From: Curvularia clavata
Lineage: Eukaryota
DNA length: 64,000 nt
Direction: 5' to 3'
Assembly (NCBI GenBank): GCA_023920165.1
Contig: CP089277.1
Location: 1,798,001-1,862,000, forward strand
The position numbers were made by a program, and so were the translations under genes. Below the pieces are notes generated by a model, which searched no databases, was not told the origin of the DNA, and saw only the letters and a program-made list of their open reading frames with translations. This document shows, piece by piece, positions 1 to 12,818 of this stretch (position 1 is its first letter; every line of letters begins with the position of its first letter).

Positions 1-835
1 CCTGCAAATGCAAAGGTGAGGATGGTGCCAATGTGCCGAAAGAAATTCCCCTAGAGTATGTTAGGAGACGACTGGACAAAAGGGTGTGCAGAACCCACTT
101 GGTGCAATTCGTAACCAGCCGACAGGATAATGGGTGGCAGCAGCAGGTTAAAAAACATTTGGTAGTCAAAACTGACGGCATCCCGCACGGATGCGACTGC
201 TGTCAGGCGGAGGACGAGGCCAACAACCATTCCTGGAAGCGGTTAGCGGGGATCGTGTAGCGCGATGCGATTACGCGATGGGCCAAGGCGTCATTGTTGT
301 GGGCAGGACGTGTGCACATTTACCCCACAATTACACGGCGGATCGAGGTTTGGCTACAAGCGAGCAAGGCCATGGCCTGCAACCCACTATGCACACTACG
401 CGGAGCTTGTCACGACGATTGCGCTGGAGCGGCCGCGGTCTGGACGGGCATGGGATCAACATACCAGCAAAGATGGAAAGGACCGTCTCATGGACAGCCT
501 GGATTTTGCGAGTATGCAGGATGTAGCTCGTGAAGAGGGCTATGATGAGGAGGATGATCAAGATGGACAGAGCCCATGAGGTGAATATTTCCTTTTGGCC
601 AGCCTCGGGTTCGTCTGCATCGGGGGATTAGACACGGAACAGGTATGTGAATTGGTATGCGGCTATGGGGAACTGACCGTCCGGGTCTGCGTCGGTTGTG
701 TCTCTCTCTGCGACAGATGGTCAGCCAGTTCAGCTCGTATGGACATGTCTTGGGCTTGAGGCACCAGGCTCCAAGTTCTCAAGGGCGCATACTCAGAAGT
801 TGGCCAACGGCCCACCACCCCATTATAGAAGCCAT
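1..835 (-). CDS. NHX1: Endosomal Na+(K+)/H+ antiporter, 5' part (runs off the left edge)
   Basis: Spliced reading from ATG at 835: MASIMGWWAVGQLLK | RDTTDADPD (30-nt exon 707-678) | DEPEAGQKEIFTSWALSILIILLIIALFTSYILHTRKIQAVHETVLSIFAG. The IQAVHETVLSIFAG motif is typical of fungal Nhx1. GT..AG introns have CTRAC/CTAAT branch sites. Confidence 0.9.
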
Positions 836-1828
836 GCTGGGCTCAAGGCCGCGCTGTCATGGACAGCCGCGTCGCGTTCCGGGTATCCAGAGGGTATCAA
901 CGTCGGGACTAGACGCGTGAGATGGGACTGGTGGCTGTTGGGCGCTGGATGGCAGCTGAGATGCAAGGGAGGTCTTGGGTGATGGGCAGATGGGCAGACA
1001 GGTACGACAGATGACAGCGAAGCAAGGGGCGGATGCAGAGGCGCTGTGGCAGCTGGCGGAGTGAGTGGTTTCGGGCTGGTAGAGCAGCCTGGCTGGAGTG
1101 CGGGCGCGTTGCGATGCGATGCTTGCGATGGCTGCGATGCGTTACCGTTGGTGCCTCGTCCTCTCGCACGCCCAGGCAAGCTGTCCTGTCCTGTCCCAGG
1201 CCGTCGCAGTCGGCCCCCACCATGGCCGTATCGGGACTAGCGCGGCTGACCAGGGTCTGAGAACGGCTGATCGTGCAACGTCATTGCACGTCCACTCGCA
1301 CCCACACACCCACACACCTTCTGCCCACGACGGCTGCATGACATCGGATTCACTTCGCCATCGCACACGCTGCCACTCTGCAACTGCACATGCACATGCA
1401 CATGACCTACACCGCCTCGTCCGGCCACAGCCTGACGCTTCCGTGCTGCCTGTTCTAGTTCCTTGCCGCCTCGGAGTACCTTGCGGCTCGTCATTGTTAC
1501 GATCGTGGATTTCTCAACTTTGCCCATCGCTGCCGTTGCACGCCTCTCGAGCGGAACCACTAGCGGCTCTTTCACCGTGGTGCATATCTAACTAGTTCCC
1601 CCGCCCGCCCCGTCGTCGTGACGCTCTTGTTCCAGCCCAGTCGTGCTCTCACCACATAACTCCACCTGCGCCTGCGCTTTCGACTGCTGTCTGCTGCCAC
1701 TGACCCCGGTCCCGTGCCTGCCAATCACAGTTTCGCCGGCCCTGACCACGGTAAGCTCCCAAGGCCTGACCACGTCGCCGCCTGCACTCAAGCCCATCGC
1801 GTGCCCTCCACACGCCCGCTGCCACATC

Positions 1829-3934
1829 ATGTCCTCGCCGCCGTCCCGTGGGCGCGATGAGTCCGCCTCCTCGCCCTTTTCCCCGCCATTGTCTCGACTC
1901 GAAACCTCTTCTCCTCGCCCAAAACCTCGCCCAAAACTCGTCTCCTTTGCCCGCGACTCGCTCACTGGTGGCCGACCAGACTTAGACGGAGACGCCCAGA
2001 TAGAAATTATTCACCAAGCCGACCATCCGCCCCGCATGTCTTCCGAAGTCGACCCGCTCCTTAAGGAGGCCATGTCGCCCGATTCAGAGGACGACGGCTG
2101 GATGGGTGAGTCTCAAGTGGAAGAGACAAAATCTAGTTGGTTTCTATTTCTTCTCACTTTTTGTGGCCTCGGTCTGCAAATTGGGTGGTCCGTCGAAACT
2201 TCAAACGGTTCGGTAAGTGCTTTTTTCCCCTGCCTCTTCAAAATTCCTCGCGGACTGCCGCTATGGACCCTGGATCTAGATCGCTACCCTAGAACCACAC
2301 ATGTGGCATGCCGGCATTGGCGCTAACTTTTGACATAGCCATATCTCCTCTCGCTCGGTCTGAGCAAGTCCATGCTTGCCCTCGTATGGATTGCCGGCCC
2401 TCTTTCTGGCGTGCTCGTCCAACCCTACGTCGGTCTCAAGAGTGACAACTGCCGTCTACGATGGGGAAAGAGGAGACCTTTCATCATCGGTGGTGCAGCG
2501 GCAACCATTGTGTCTCTCATGGTCCTTGCCTGGGCAAAAGAAATCATTGGCGGTTTTTTGGGCGTCTTCGGCGCTGACTCGGAGTCGAATTTTGTCAAGA
2601 CAAGTGTCATGCTGTTCGCTGTTCTGTTCGTATACGTACTGGACTTTGCTATCAACGTCATCCAGGCCGGTGTGCGAGCATACATTGTCGACGTTGCGCC
2701 CACACATCAGCAGGAGTCTGCCAACGCGTGGCTCATGAGGTCGTCTGGTATTGGCAACATTTTGGGTTACCTGGCCGGCTATATCAGTCTACCAGACTAC
2801 CTTCCCTGGCTCGGAAACTCCCAATTCAAGGTCCTTTGCGCCATTGCGTCCTTTGTCATGGCCCTCACAGTCGGCGTTAGTTGCTCGACATGCTCCGAGC
2901 GCGACCCACAATTCGATACCGCCCCGGCGGATCAACAGGACGGTGTTATTGCCTTCTTCAAAGGCCTTGCACGCTCAGTCAGGAAACTGCCTCCTCAGAT
3001 CAAGAAGGTCTGCATTGTGCAGTTCTTTGCTTGGATCGGATGGTTTCCATTTCTCTTCTACATCACCACCTACGTCGGTGAGATCTACGCGGACCCCTAC
3101 TTTGAAGAGGACCCCCATCTCCCAGATGGTCGTATCGATGCTATTCTCGAGGATGGTACCAGAATCGGTACGAGAGCACTACTGATATTCGCCGTTACCA
3201 CATTTATCTCGTCTGTCGTTCTGCCGTTTGTCATTCCACCAACGTTCCAAGCCCCAGAGCCCGAGCGTCCTGTTACACCTGCGACCCCTATGACACCAAC
3301 AACCCCGCATTCCATGGGCGGTTCCGGCTACTTTGCACTCAACCACCAGCCCAAAGGATCTCCAAAGACATACATGGACAAGGTTTCCAAATCCATGGAA
3401 ATGCTGCAAATCAAGTCTCTAACCCTCCGTCGCTCGTGGTTCCTATCGCACATTGTGTTCGCCGTACTGATGTCTTTGACTTTTCTTGTCCGGAGTACCT
3501 GGGGCGCTACTGCTCTTGTCGGCGCCATTGGAATTCCTTGGTGTATCACAAACTGGGCGCCATTTGCCATCATCTCTTCAGAAATCTCCAAGCGAGACGC
3601 CATCCGTCGTGGCATCATCAAACCGCGTGACCGCGAGGCCCAATTGATTGCAGAGGGCGAAGACGAGGGGTCAGGTGCTGACTCGGCAGGTGTCGTCCTT
3701 GGAATTCACAACGTCGCCATTGCAGCACCCCAAGTCATTGCCACCCTGGTTAGTGCCGTCATGTTCAAGATCCTGCAGAAGCCCAGAGGCACAGCGGGCG
3801 ACAACAGTGTAGCCTGGGTGCTGCGTTTTGGTGGTGTCTGCGCTCTCATAGCTGCGTGGCTGACACTGCAAGTCAACGAAGAGAAGGAGGATGTCGAGTC
3901 TGAGGAACCCTTTAGAAGGAGGCGGATGTCTTAG
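1829..3934 (+). CDS. MFS sucrose/alpha-glucoside:H+ symporter (S. pombe Sut1 / SLC45 family)
   Basis: Exon 1829-2212 (GLQIGWSVETSNGS), intron 2213-2338, exon 2339-3934 (PYLLSLG..WIAGPLSGVLVQPYVGLKSD..WGKRRPFI..QFFAWIGWFPF..GIHNVAIAAPQ). Confidence 0.9.
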
Positions 3935-4749
3935 GACGACTCTGATTATCTCTCTTTATCACATCTTAGACACGAGTTGGTGCAGTCATTCCACAGACAA
4001 AGATTCAAGTTAAGACACATGGATGAGGTTAGGTGACTACCAAGGCGGAGAAGAAAGACAAAGAATGGGTTGACACTACAAACCAACCCGCGCTACACTA
4101 TACACGTGGCCCGCGGTCTAGTTCCGGGTCTCGTCAGATTCTGGAATTTTTGATTTAGATGATGATGCATCCTGTGGGTTTCGAAGCGAAGGCGTTTGCG
4201 GGATGGGCATCTTGGAAAGCGACTTTGGCGTTGTGATTGATTGAGGGTTCTCTTTTTTTTTGTGAACCCCATGCGAGGAGTTCAAGGAGGAAACGCACAT
4301 GGGAAATGTGAATGGACATAGGGTTGTTCAATGGCTACGAAAACGATACCACGCACTCTCCTTTCTCAGTAGGGAAATTTGTTGGTTTTTTTCTTTACCT
4401 TCTTTGGTTCTCCTTTGTATGCGAATTAGGATAGATTGGCGTAGAATTGAAAGTTTGTGAAACTAGGATTGATTGAATCTTACGTTGAAGATTGGCTTTT
4501 GGCGTCGTTTGAACAGTTTTCTCAAGATGTCGCTGGTTCCCATAAGATACCCTTCTCATCTATAATCAAATCAAAAAAGGTCTATTAGACATTCTTCACT
4601 CTTGCGACGGCGATCACGCTCATCTAAGCCTTAGTTAGAACGAGAGATTGGTTTTAATTGTTTGCCTTGTATGTACCACGCAGATATCTCGTTTAAACTA
4701 ATTCAATCTATATACAAAAAATTGCAATCCACACCAACTCTTCAGCCAT

Positions 4750-6133
4750 TTAAAGAGCGGGCTTAGCGTTCTTGACCAGCATCTCAAAGTAAGCCTGGTT
4801 CCATGAACCAGCCTCGGGACTGGGCTTGTACGCGTCATCCTTGCCGCAGAAGCTGTCGTAGCGCTTTGCACTCGAGTCGCTGGTGCCATCGCTCTCACCA
4901 CCAGGCTTGACCCAAACAAAGGCGTCGACAAGCGAGTCACCGGTGCTAGCGGTTGGGCGGACACCGAAACCAGCGCCGTTGACGTTGCACCAGTCACCCC
5001 ACTCCTTGCGGAGACCAGTGACACCGTTGCGGCCAGTGTCGACGATGGCCTGGCCGGGCATGCCAGCGGCGGTGAGCTGGGGCGAGAAGAGCTCGACGTA
5101 CTTCTTCTCGTTCTGAGCCTTGTTGTACTGGCCGTCGGAGGAGTTGGCGAATTCGCCGGGCGACTGGTCGAATGAGTTCCAGCCAGAGACGTTGGTGGCA
5201 ACACCGCGGACGGCCTTGGGGCTGCCGGCGTTCTTGTACGCCGAGGCGAGCTCTTGCGCACCGGGCTCTGTTTTCTTATTAGCTTCTTTTCATCTCCATG
5301 ATTCTTGAATACACTGGGTGACGTACTCAGGTTAGCGTCCCAACCAAGCCAGCCTCCGTGACCGGCATCAATGTACATGGCGACATTGGGAAGGTTGAGC
5401 TGCTTGAGCGCGTACGCAACACCCTCACGGTATCCGGAGGCAGACGCCTGGCAGGTCTGCAGGTTGATGTTGGTCACCAAGTTGGGTAGGGAGTCGGGCT
5501 CAATGACGAGAGCAAAGGCCACGTTGGGGTACTTCTTGATAATGGCGACGATGGCTGTGGAACAGAGTTGTTAATTAGCAAAGGTAAGCTATAAAAGATT
5601 GTATGAAGGCGGAAACTCACGGTCAATGTACTGCGTCTTGTAGACGTTGATCTCGCCAACGGCAAGTTCACCGTTGGATGCCTTGGCGGCACAGTCACGA
5701 CCAGGAAGATCGTAAATGACAAGTCCTGCAATCTGATTGCATGGGACATCCTTGATGTTCTCTTCGATCACCTTGATCTTGTCACGGGTGTCACTAAGAC
5801 TTGTGTTAGCACTTTTCTCGGTGCGTTCTGGAAACAGATCCAGTTTAAGGTATGAGTGCCTTACATCCAGAGGAAAGTTCCAACATTAGCAATCTTGGCT
5901 GCTTTTGCTGCAAGTGTCGAGTCGCTGATCTTGGCAACAGCAGCCTTGACCTCTGCAGAATAAAACTTGTTGGGGTATAGAGTGCGGGTGGTAAAGGGGT
6001 TTCCAGAGAGCGTTACGGCCGACGAGCATGGTGCAGACTGGCGGGCAGCGATGGACTCTTTCTCAAGAGGAGAAGGAAGCGCGAAAGCGCCGGTGACGGC
6101 CGAAGCCACAGTGGCGGACAAAAGACCTTTCAT
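4750..6133 (-). CDS. Secreted glycoside hydrolase family 6 cellulase, no CBM1
   Basis: Signal peptide MKGLLSATVASAVTGAFA. GH6 motifs YDLPGRDCAAKASNGEL, IEPDSLPNLVTN, YIDAGHGGWLGW and DAFVWVKPGGESDG are spread over about 4 exons. Confidence 0.93.
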
Positions 6134-6258
6134 GGTGGTGACTAGAAGAGAGCGTGTGGTGACTGAGATACTGATGGACCTGAGAGAACGACATCCTTCT
6201 TATACAGCTCAGGCACTGGCAACCTGAAATTGAGGTACTCGTTCGTCGGGAAGCAGGC

Positions 6259-6474
6259 CCGGAGGTGATTAGCAAGGGTGTGGTCGTTAGGCTCGTGCGA
6301 TCAGCGTTCGAGAAATGAGGTTTAGATGAATGTATATCATGTGGGGTATGAGGCTGTACTACCCTTCACTGTAAACATTATAGTTTGAGTGGAAGGCTAA
6401 GGCGCCACTCCGGGAATGGCGTTGACATTTCTGCATGTCTGTAATTTCTTAATATGGTGTGCTATACTCCGGAG
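6259..6474. promoter_or_regulatory. Candidate XlnR/Xyr1 and CreA sites upstream of the GH6 gene
   Basis: GGCTAA at 6395-6400; SYGGRG matches at 6259-6264, 6341-6346 and 6469-6474. These are short motifs, so chance matches are possible. Confidence 0.35.
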
Positions 6475-8496
6475 GTATGGTGCCTTGCGATTTTACAGGT
6501 AATGTTCAGCACTGTCCTGCTAAGAAACTAAATGCCTTTCCGAAAGTTGAATCTCACATACACAGAGTGCTGGATCTCTTTCTTTGTATGCATCTCTGCC
6601 TGGGATGAACAACGAGCAGGGTCGGTAGATGAACATCTTACGAGAGACGTTGAAACTGTGGGGATCTTTGCCTTCCATGTCACCTACCCCGCGATCCCGG
6701 CTTCAACCTCTCAGTATCACTCTTAGGCACCACGTGAAGTTAACTATATTCATGGCGACGAGAATTAAGCACACCAAGCAGAATGGCAGGTTTCAAAACC
6801 CACATTTGCCAATTTGCGATGCTTGTTTGAACATCGTCGGGCACTGAGCCTCCGTTTTTTCCAGCGGAGGTACTTGTCTCGTACGGTGCGCAGTCCCGAG
6901 TCGCCTGCTGATGCGGCAGTGATGAACCTGCATACAACGTGTCGACAATATACACCCCCATGTCATAAATGTATCAGGTGTTGATGGAGTGAGCATGTTG
7001 TTTGGCGCACTGGAAGTAAGCGCAGGGCTTGGCGCGGAATGTTTGGCTGTACGGCCTTCTCGAAACCTTCCACTGTGCACATGACAGCTGAACTTGATCA
7101 AGGTAGATCTTGGAGGCGCTTTAATCTTGCATTTAACCTGATCGACAACATAGCACATGTGGTTGCGCTGTGGCAGGTTTCTGTGCAGACCCGTCTTGAA
7201 GACTCAGCGCTAGGTTTCGGCAGATTGCTCCTGACTGATGTACGATTCGGTCCAGCGTTTCTTTATGTCGAAAAGATTGCAGGCTACGATTTCCTCACAA
7301 TCAGCAGGAGAGCTCGGCAGCATTTTTGAAGCAACTCGGACATAACGACGATGGACTATTACTAGGATGTCTCAGGATTGATTGCGCTGTTAGTATGATA
7401 TGCGGCCCACGACGCGTTCGAGAGCCTCGCGACCAACCACAAGAGCCTCACCAGCATTGGAGGATGAAAGCAATTTTCCGAAGGCGAGACATCGGTGGGT
7501 GAGACATTTAGCAACAACATCCGGATGTCGGGTAATTGGAGGCAACTGACGCTAGCACCGCATTTAGTCTGGTCTGGCTCTAGCGCCCAATATGGACGCG
7601 TTCTTGGTTCATCCAAGCTCCGCATTTTAGCCCTGCAAGCCTCACACTCGAGCGAATCCTTATGCTTATGTAGACTTCCAGAAGGTTGAAAACTCTCCAC
7701 AGTATGGTAGAGGATAAGTATGCAGAAACCGGATGATGCTGCGTTCTTTCCGGTATAGCCTCTGTTGCTCTCTAGGAAGTCTGTATTCTGGTACTCCTTA
7801 CAACAGGACCCCTGGATACCACCTCCGCATGCTCACCACGTATCCACAGACTTTTTATATTGATCTTACCGTACTTTTGCGACGAATCACATCATCCTTC
7901 CCCAACAAGCCAAGCCCGTTGTTGTTGTATTTTGCCCCCTTTCTTTTCTGTATTTTTACTTCCGCGAAGCCCTCATACCACGAAGTCGCCTGGCTAGCAA
8001 GCATATTTGATCTGTTAACATCATCGTACTGGCTCATCGTTTCGTTGGTATACACAAGTGCTGTTTTGCAGCTTTGACGCTTGTGCCAAGGCAGTATAGC
8101 CGGAAATACTTACTGAAAATGCAATATTATAAGCTTCTTAGAAAATTAAGTGTTCGACAAATCTCCCTCGAAGACTGTGATACAAACATCTGCTTTGCCA
8201 ATCTCCATGGAGAAGTGATGCGCTAACCTCAATGGGCTTAGCCTCAGCTGCTTTTGATCCAATCTTCTCTATCTGCTCAAGCCTGGTACACCTGACTACT
8301 ACTGACACACTGGGCATGGAGAACTGATTCAACAAGACCGTAGCCAGTCCTGATCTACACATCTTAGTATTGCGATGAAAGATGACATTTCCCTGTAAAA
8401 TTTCAGCGTGATGCGGGGTAGAAAGCATTCATAAAACCTGGCGATTGACCGAACTGGACGACATCAGTTGAAACACCAAGGCACACTATAACGACA

Positions 8497-10669
8497 ATGT
8501 CCAAGCCATTAACAGAGGCGGACATAATATTCCCGCACCTCTCCAACACACCAAACCTGTCCAGCACTCTCTCGTCGTTGCGCCGCTCAACCCTCTCAAC
8601 ACATAACCGTCTAGCTTCAATAATATCCGATAGCGCCTTTGTCGAATCAGTTGCATCGGCCTATGAGCTTCCTCTTGTGGCGAACGAGCGCTGTGGAAGC
8701 TGGTATATTCCGCCATCCCTCAAGTCTGGATCTGTCTATTTCAAAAGCACCGACGGTCACATGGGCGAGTGGAGTTTTAGCCTGCGGAGGCTGAATCTGC
8801 AACTGCTTGATGTGGTGGAGAAATGGGGTGGTGCAGTGGTCGTGGATAGCACAAGAAGGGGCAAAAGTATGCCCGATGCACTGAGCAAGACAATTCCAAC
8901 ATGGTGCTGCGTCATGAACCGAGCGGTATTTGGAGGTGAGAAAGGAAAAGAGGAAATGGACCTTTTTACCCCGCCTCAGGCTGTGGGTGAAAGTGAACAT
9001 GCACAGATGGAGAAGAGGATTGATGGGTTTGTTCAGCAGTTTCTGGTACGTCTCGCTTTGATTGATTTTGTGTATGGTAACTAATGGCAATGAAAAGGAC
9101 ATTTGCAAGCCCAATATCCCACTTCTTCGTGGCAAGTTGAAAAAGCCGCTGCGGCCAATCTGGGTAACGCAGCAATCTACTCTTCCGGATTCTGTCCCTT
9201 CATTTCCAGATTTCCACCCCATTGTTCTTTGCACAGCATCGCGGCGTGTCCGTGGTGCTGAAGCATCAGAAAGTGGATATATCCAGGGCGCTGCGGACGA
9301 TCACGAAGCATGGTCGCACGGACTCACACCCCCAGTGTTCTGGAAGAACAAGGATCTATTGATGAGCACTAGTGAAGAGGATGCTCCGGACGTCATTGCG
9401 AAGCTCATTCAGGAGCAGGAGGGAAGTGGCACGGTTGCAAGTTTAATCCAACCTACATCGCACCTATACATCTCATCCAGCGAAAACGCGCAACTCAAGG
9501 GGTTCGACGTCGTAGTGAGCTGTACATCCGAACCCTTTGCAGCATCTATGCTGAAGGAAGCTGGAGTAAAGCAATACCTCCATCTGAAATGTCAGACTGG
9601 TAAACTGGGCTCACGCGATCTTCGCAATCAACTCCCTCATCTTCTGCCTTTTTTTGCTTCACTTCAGGCTTCGGAAACACAAAGAAAGATACTCGTCTGT
9701 TGCCCAACAGGGAAAGATCTCTCCGTGGGAGTCGCCCTCGCGATATTATGTCTTTACACGGACGAAGGCGGGGTCATTAATCCGGAGAAAGCGAAAGAAG
9801 CAAAAGACATTGGCAAATCCTTCATCAAACAGAGACTGAGCTGGATCACCACAAGCAATGCAGCGCTCAATCCAAGCCGAGCGACACTGCAAAGCGTCAA
9901 CGCTATGCTACTTTCTAGCCAAGACCCAAAAGCCACTCTGCACATGCAATCAGCCGATAGAGGTGATTCCAAAGCAGAGAAGCTGCCACTCCTTCAATCG
10001 CAACCCCTCGCCTCTGAACCTTCCAACACAACATCTCAAGGCCCGATACCACCACCCACATCCCTACCCACATCCATCTTCAGCAACCTCCAAATTGGCA
10101 CATGGAACTTCACGCGCGATCTTTCCTCTGCACTCCCCACGCATCCCTCTGGTCAAGTAACCGGCACTGCGACCTTCACTTCCTGCACCTTTTCTCCTCC
10201 TCCTGCTTCCTCCTCTTCAGCGCCACCCACCCTCCTCTACTCTGAGCAAGGCACCTTTGTCACAGCCACGGGCCTGCAGTTTACAGCGCGCAGAAAATAC
10301 GTGTATCAGCTTTGTCCTGCCACATCAACAGATAGCGAGTTCATCACTGTGCGATTTTTCGATGACGAGGGGATGCGGGGAAGGGGTGAAGAGGTGGGTG
10401 TAGGGGAAAGGGGACACGGGATTGGAGGACTGTTTGTTGAAATGGGAGAATTGAATAATGAGGGAGAAGGGACAGGGGTGGTTAAGGCGAAGAACAAGGA
10501 GACGCATCTTTGTGGGGCGGATTTGTATGCTGCGGCGTGGAGGTTTGGGAAGGGAATGCTGGGTGCTGAGGAGCAAAGGAACGAGAAGGACGTGTGGTGG
10601 GAGGTTACGTATGATGTGAAGGGGCCGCAGAAGGATTATACGAGTACGACGCGGTATACGCGTGTATGA
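8497..10669 (+). CDS. RIT1: Initiator tRNA A64-2'-O-ribosylphosphate transferase with C-terminal DUF6314-like extension
   Basis: Rit1 motifs NRLASI, VANERCGSWY, YFKSTDGH, VDSTRRGKSMPDALSKTIP, YIQGAADDHEAW, GKDLSVG and NPSRATLQSVN. One intron at about 9046-9098. Confidence 0.92.
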
Positions 10670-10811
10670 AAAGCAGGGTGTTTGGTAGGTGAAGGTATGT
10701 ATTTAGAGTAGGGGATTTATGTACAAGTTGTTTTATATGGTGTCCACAAGGTCATCTTGCGGTGCGGAGTGTTTGGCCGTTCTAGATGCTGGAGACTCTC
10801 AGTTGTCAGAT

Positions 10812-12131
10812 TCAGGGATCTTGATCGCCAAACGGGTAGTTAAACTTCAACAGCGCATTAAGTCCTCCGACCCAATGGTCCTCGGCTATATCTTCCTTGC
10901 CACTCGTGCCTCTGACGATGCTAGGCACACCGCCTTCCCAACCCCTAGCATCTCGCCTGACCTGCTCGCCGCTTATGCGGACCTCCATGCCCGTGCCGAG
11001 CTTTTCGGTAATGGTACTTCCGTCGATGCTGACCTCGACTTCTCGACCCCTGTTCTTCTCACCAAGCTTTAGCGTGATGGGTGTCTCAGCGGGAAGGACT
11101 AGAGGCCTGAAAGACAGAGAGCGAGGGCAGATGGGTGTGAGACATATCGATGGGACTAGAGGATGGACGATGCTTCCGCCAGACGACAGCGAGTATGCGG
11201 TTGAACCTGTAGGTGAGCTGATGATCATACCATCAGCGACAGCTTCTGTTAGGAACCGGTTGTTGATGTAGACGTCAATGATCTTGAGATGAGGGCTCGA
11301 CCCTCGATGGAGCGTGACTTCATTGAGCGCATAGGTATCGCCCTCGTCATCTGCACTGCCGATGCGCTTTCCGTCGGGCCCGAAGACACCCACCTTGAGC
11401 CTGTTGCGGAGCAGAATGCGCGCTGTTCTGTTGGTTCCCATTGCCTTGCCGCGTATGTCGGCGTAGCTCATTGGCTTGTCCAGAGGATCGTCAGGTGAAG
11501 TAGGCAGACTTGGTGGAGATTTACCCAGTGAGTCGGACAGGGTAGCGTACGTGTCTGGCGCACCGCTCATGTACACTTCTCGGAAGGCCCGCTTGTACTC
11601 TTTGAACTTGAACTCGCCCAGGAAGCCAATTGTGCCCATGGCGAAGCTCAAAACGGGGGGCACATTTTCCGAGTGGCTGAAAAGACTGCTGGCCCTCAAG
11701 AGGGTGCCGTCTCCTCCTAGTGTGCAGACCAGGTCGGTTTTATCCGAGAGGTGCTGTGCTACGCCGTGGCTTCGCTCGTAGGTGTAGACAGGAAATGGCA
11801 GCTTCTCATGCAGTTCTTGTGCAGTTTCGGGCTCGAAGATGATGTTGATGGCGGGGTAGGTGGAGCGTATGTGTGAGGTGAACTCAATGACGGACTCTGT
11901 GATGTTAGGCGTGCGCTTCTTCTTGGTGACGAGTATATTTCGTGGCGGCGAGGGCCACTGTAGACTGAGAAGCGTCGTGGCGGGCGACTGTATGTACGAC
12001 GGCCGGGTGCGCAGAGGCAGCTGGGAGATGGGCTTGATGTCGCGGCGCCTAGCTGTTGAAGAGAAGCTACGGGCGTGCCCCGGCACCGTGAAGAACCGCC
12101 ATGGCAGAGGGTACTTCTGCTGCATGGGCAT
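10812..12131 (-). CDS. POS5: Mitochondrial NADH kinase
   Basis: TLGGDGTLL, ALNEVTLHRG, DGMIISSPTGSTAYSLSSGG, TPICPRSLSFRP. Arg/Ser-rich presequence (RSFSSTARRR). Start placed at MPMQQ; the longer ORF-track start is doubtful. Confidence 0.88.
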   Translation of the reverse strand: MPMQQKYPLPWRFFTVPGHARSFSSTARRRDIKPISQLPLRTRPSYIQSPATTLLSLQWPSPPRNILVTKKKRTPNITESVIEFTSHIRSTYPAINIIFEPETAQELHEKLPFPVYTYERSHGVAQHLSDKTDLVCTLGGDGTLLRASSLFSHSENVPPVLSFAMGTIGFLGEFKFKEYKRAFREVYMSGAPDTYATLSDSLGKSPPSLPTSPDDPLDKPMSYADIRGKAMGTNRTARILLRNRLKVGVFGPDGKRIGSADDEGDTYALNEVTLHRGSSPHLKIIDVYINNRFLTEAVADGMIISSPTGSTAYSLSSGGSIVHPLVPSICLTPICPRSLSFRPLVLPAETPITLKLGEKNRGREVEVSIDGSTITEKLGTGMEVRISGEQVRRDARGWEGGVPSIVRGTSGKEDIAEDHWVGGLNALLKFNYPFGDQDP

Positions 12132-12818
12132 CTTGGGGGGCGCTGTGCGTGGGGGGAAGAGGCTAGGGCCGTTGCTGTGTGCGATGCGATGCGCAGAACT
12201 GGGATCGGCGAGTGGGCGCCATATGACCGGGCGATGACGAGTCGAGCCGAGGGGGAGGGAACGTAGTCGCGATGCTGGCAGCGAGTACGAGGCCAGGCAG
12301 TGCTGGTCAGGATGCGGGCATTGCAGCAGTATGCAATTCACTCTGTGGTGTATGCTCACGTGACAGGGCTCGAGATGGGACCAGAGGGCGCGTGGTTGTG
12401 AAGGAAGGAATGGCATGTGAAGGGCCCTAGCGTCGACATCCCTGTTACGGGCGGGGCATGCCTCGTCCGGCCGTCATCATCTCAGATGGACTGAGGTGGA
12501 TCGGCATCAGCTTGTCGCAGCGCGCGCCCGATACACGATGGGTGCAGGCTGCCGTCTGCTTACTTGCACCTTCACTCTGCCCCGTCGCCTGGTCTCTCCT
12601 GCTCTCCGCTGCCTGCGTCTCTAGATGCTTGCCGTTGCGTGCTCTGCTTCCTCTCCCTCCCCCCGCCGCATGCTCGGACGAGATCCACGCGCCCACCTGA
12701 GCGATCCGGCTACTTCCACTCGGTGCACGCGCACACTCGCTGCTTCAGCTGTATTCTTAGCAAACTCGTTAGCAGACACCTCCGTGGCCGCCTACACATG
12801 CTCCCCTCCATCACCACC

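Noticed and set aside
1100..1145. TGCGA(T) short repeats in the NHX1/transporter divergent promoter
   Set aside because: Low-complexity microsatellite-like sequence; a similar run occurs near 12180.
6500..8450. Long gene-free stretch with several 60-120 aa ORFs, possibly a decayed gene on the minus strand
   Set aside because: No recognisable motifs or consistent splice model; cannot be supported without a homology search.
12132..12416. N-terminal extension of the POS5 ORF in the ORF track
   Set aside because: Looks like open 5' UTR/promoter sequence; the presequence-like region starts at MPMQQ.
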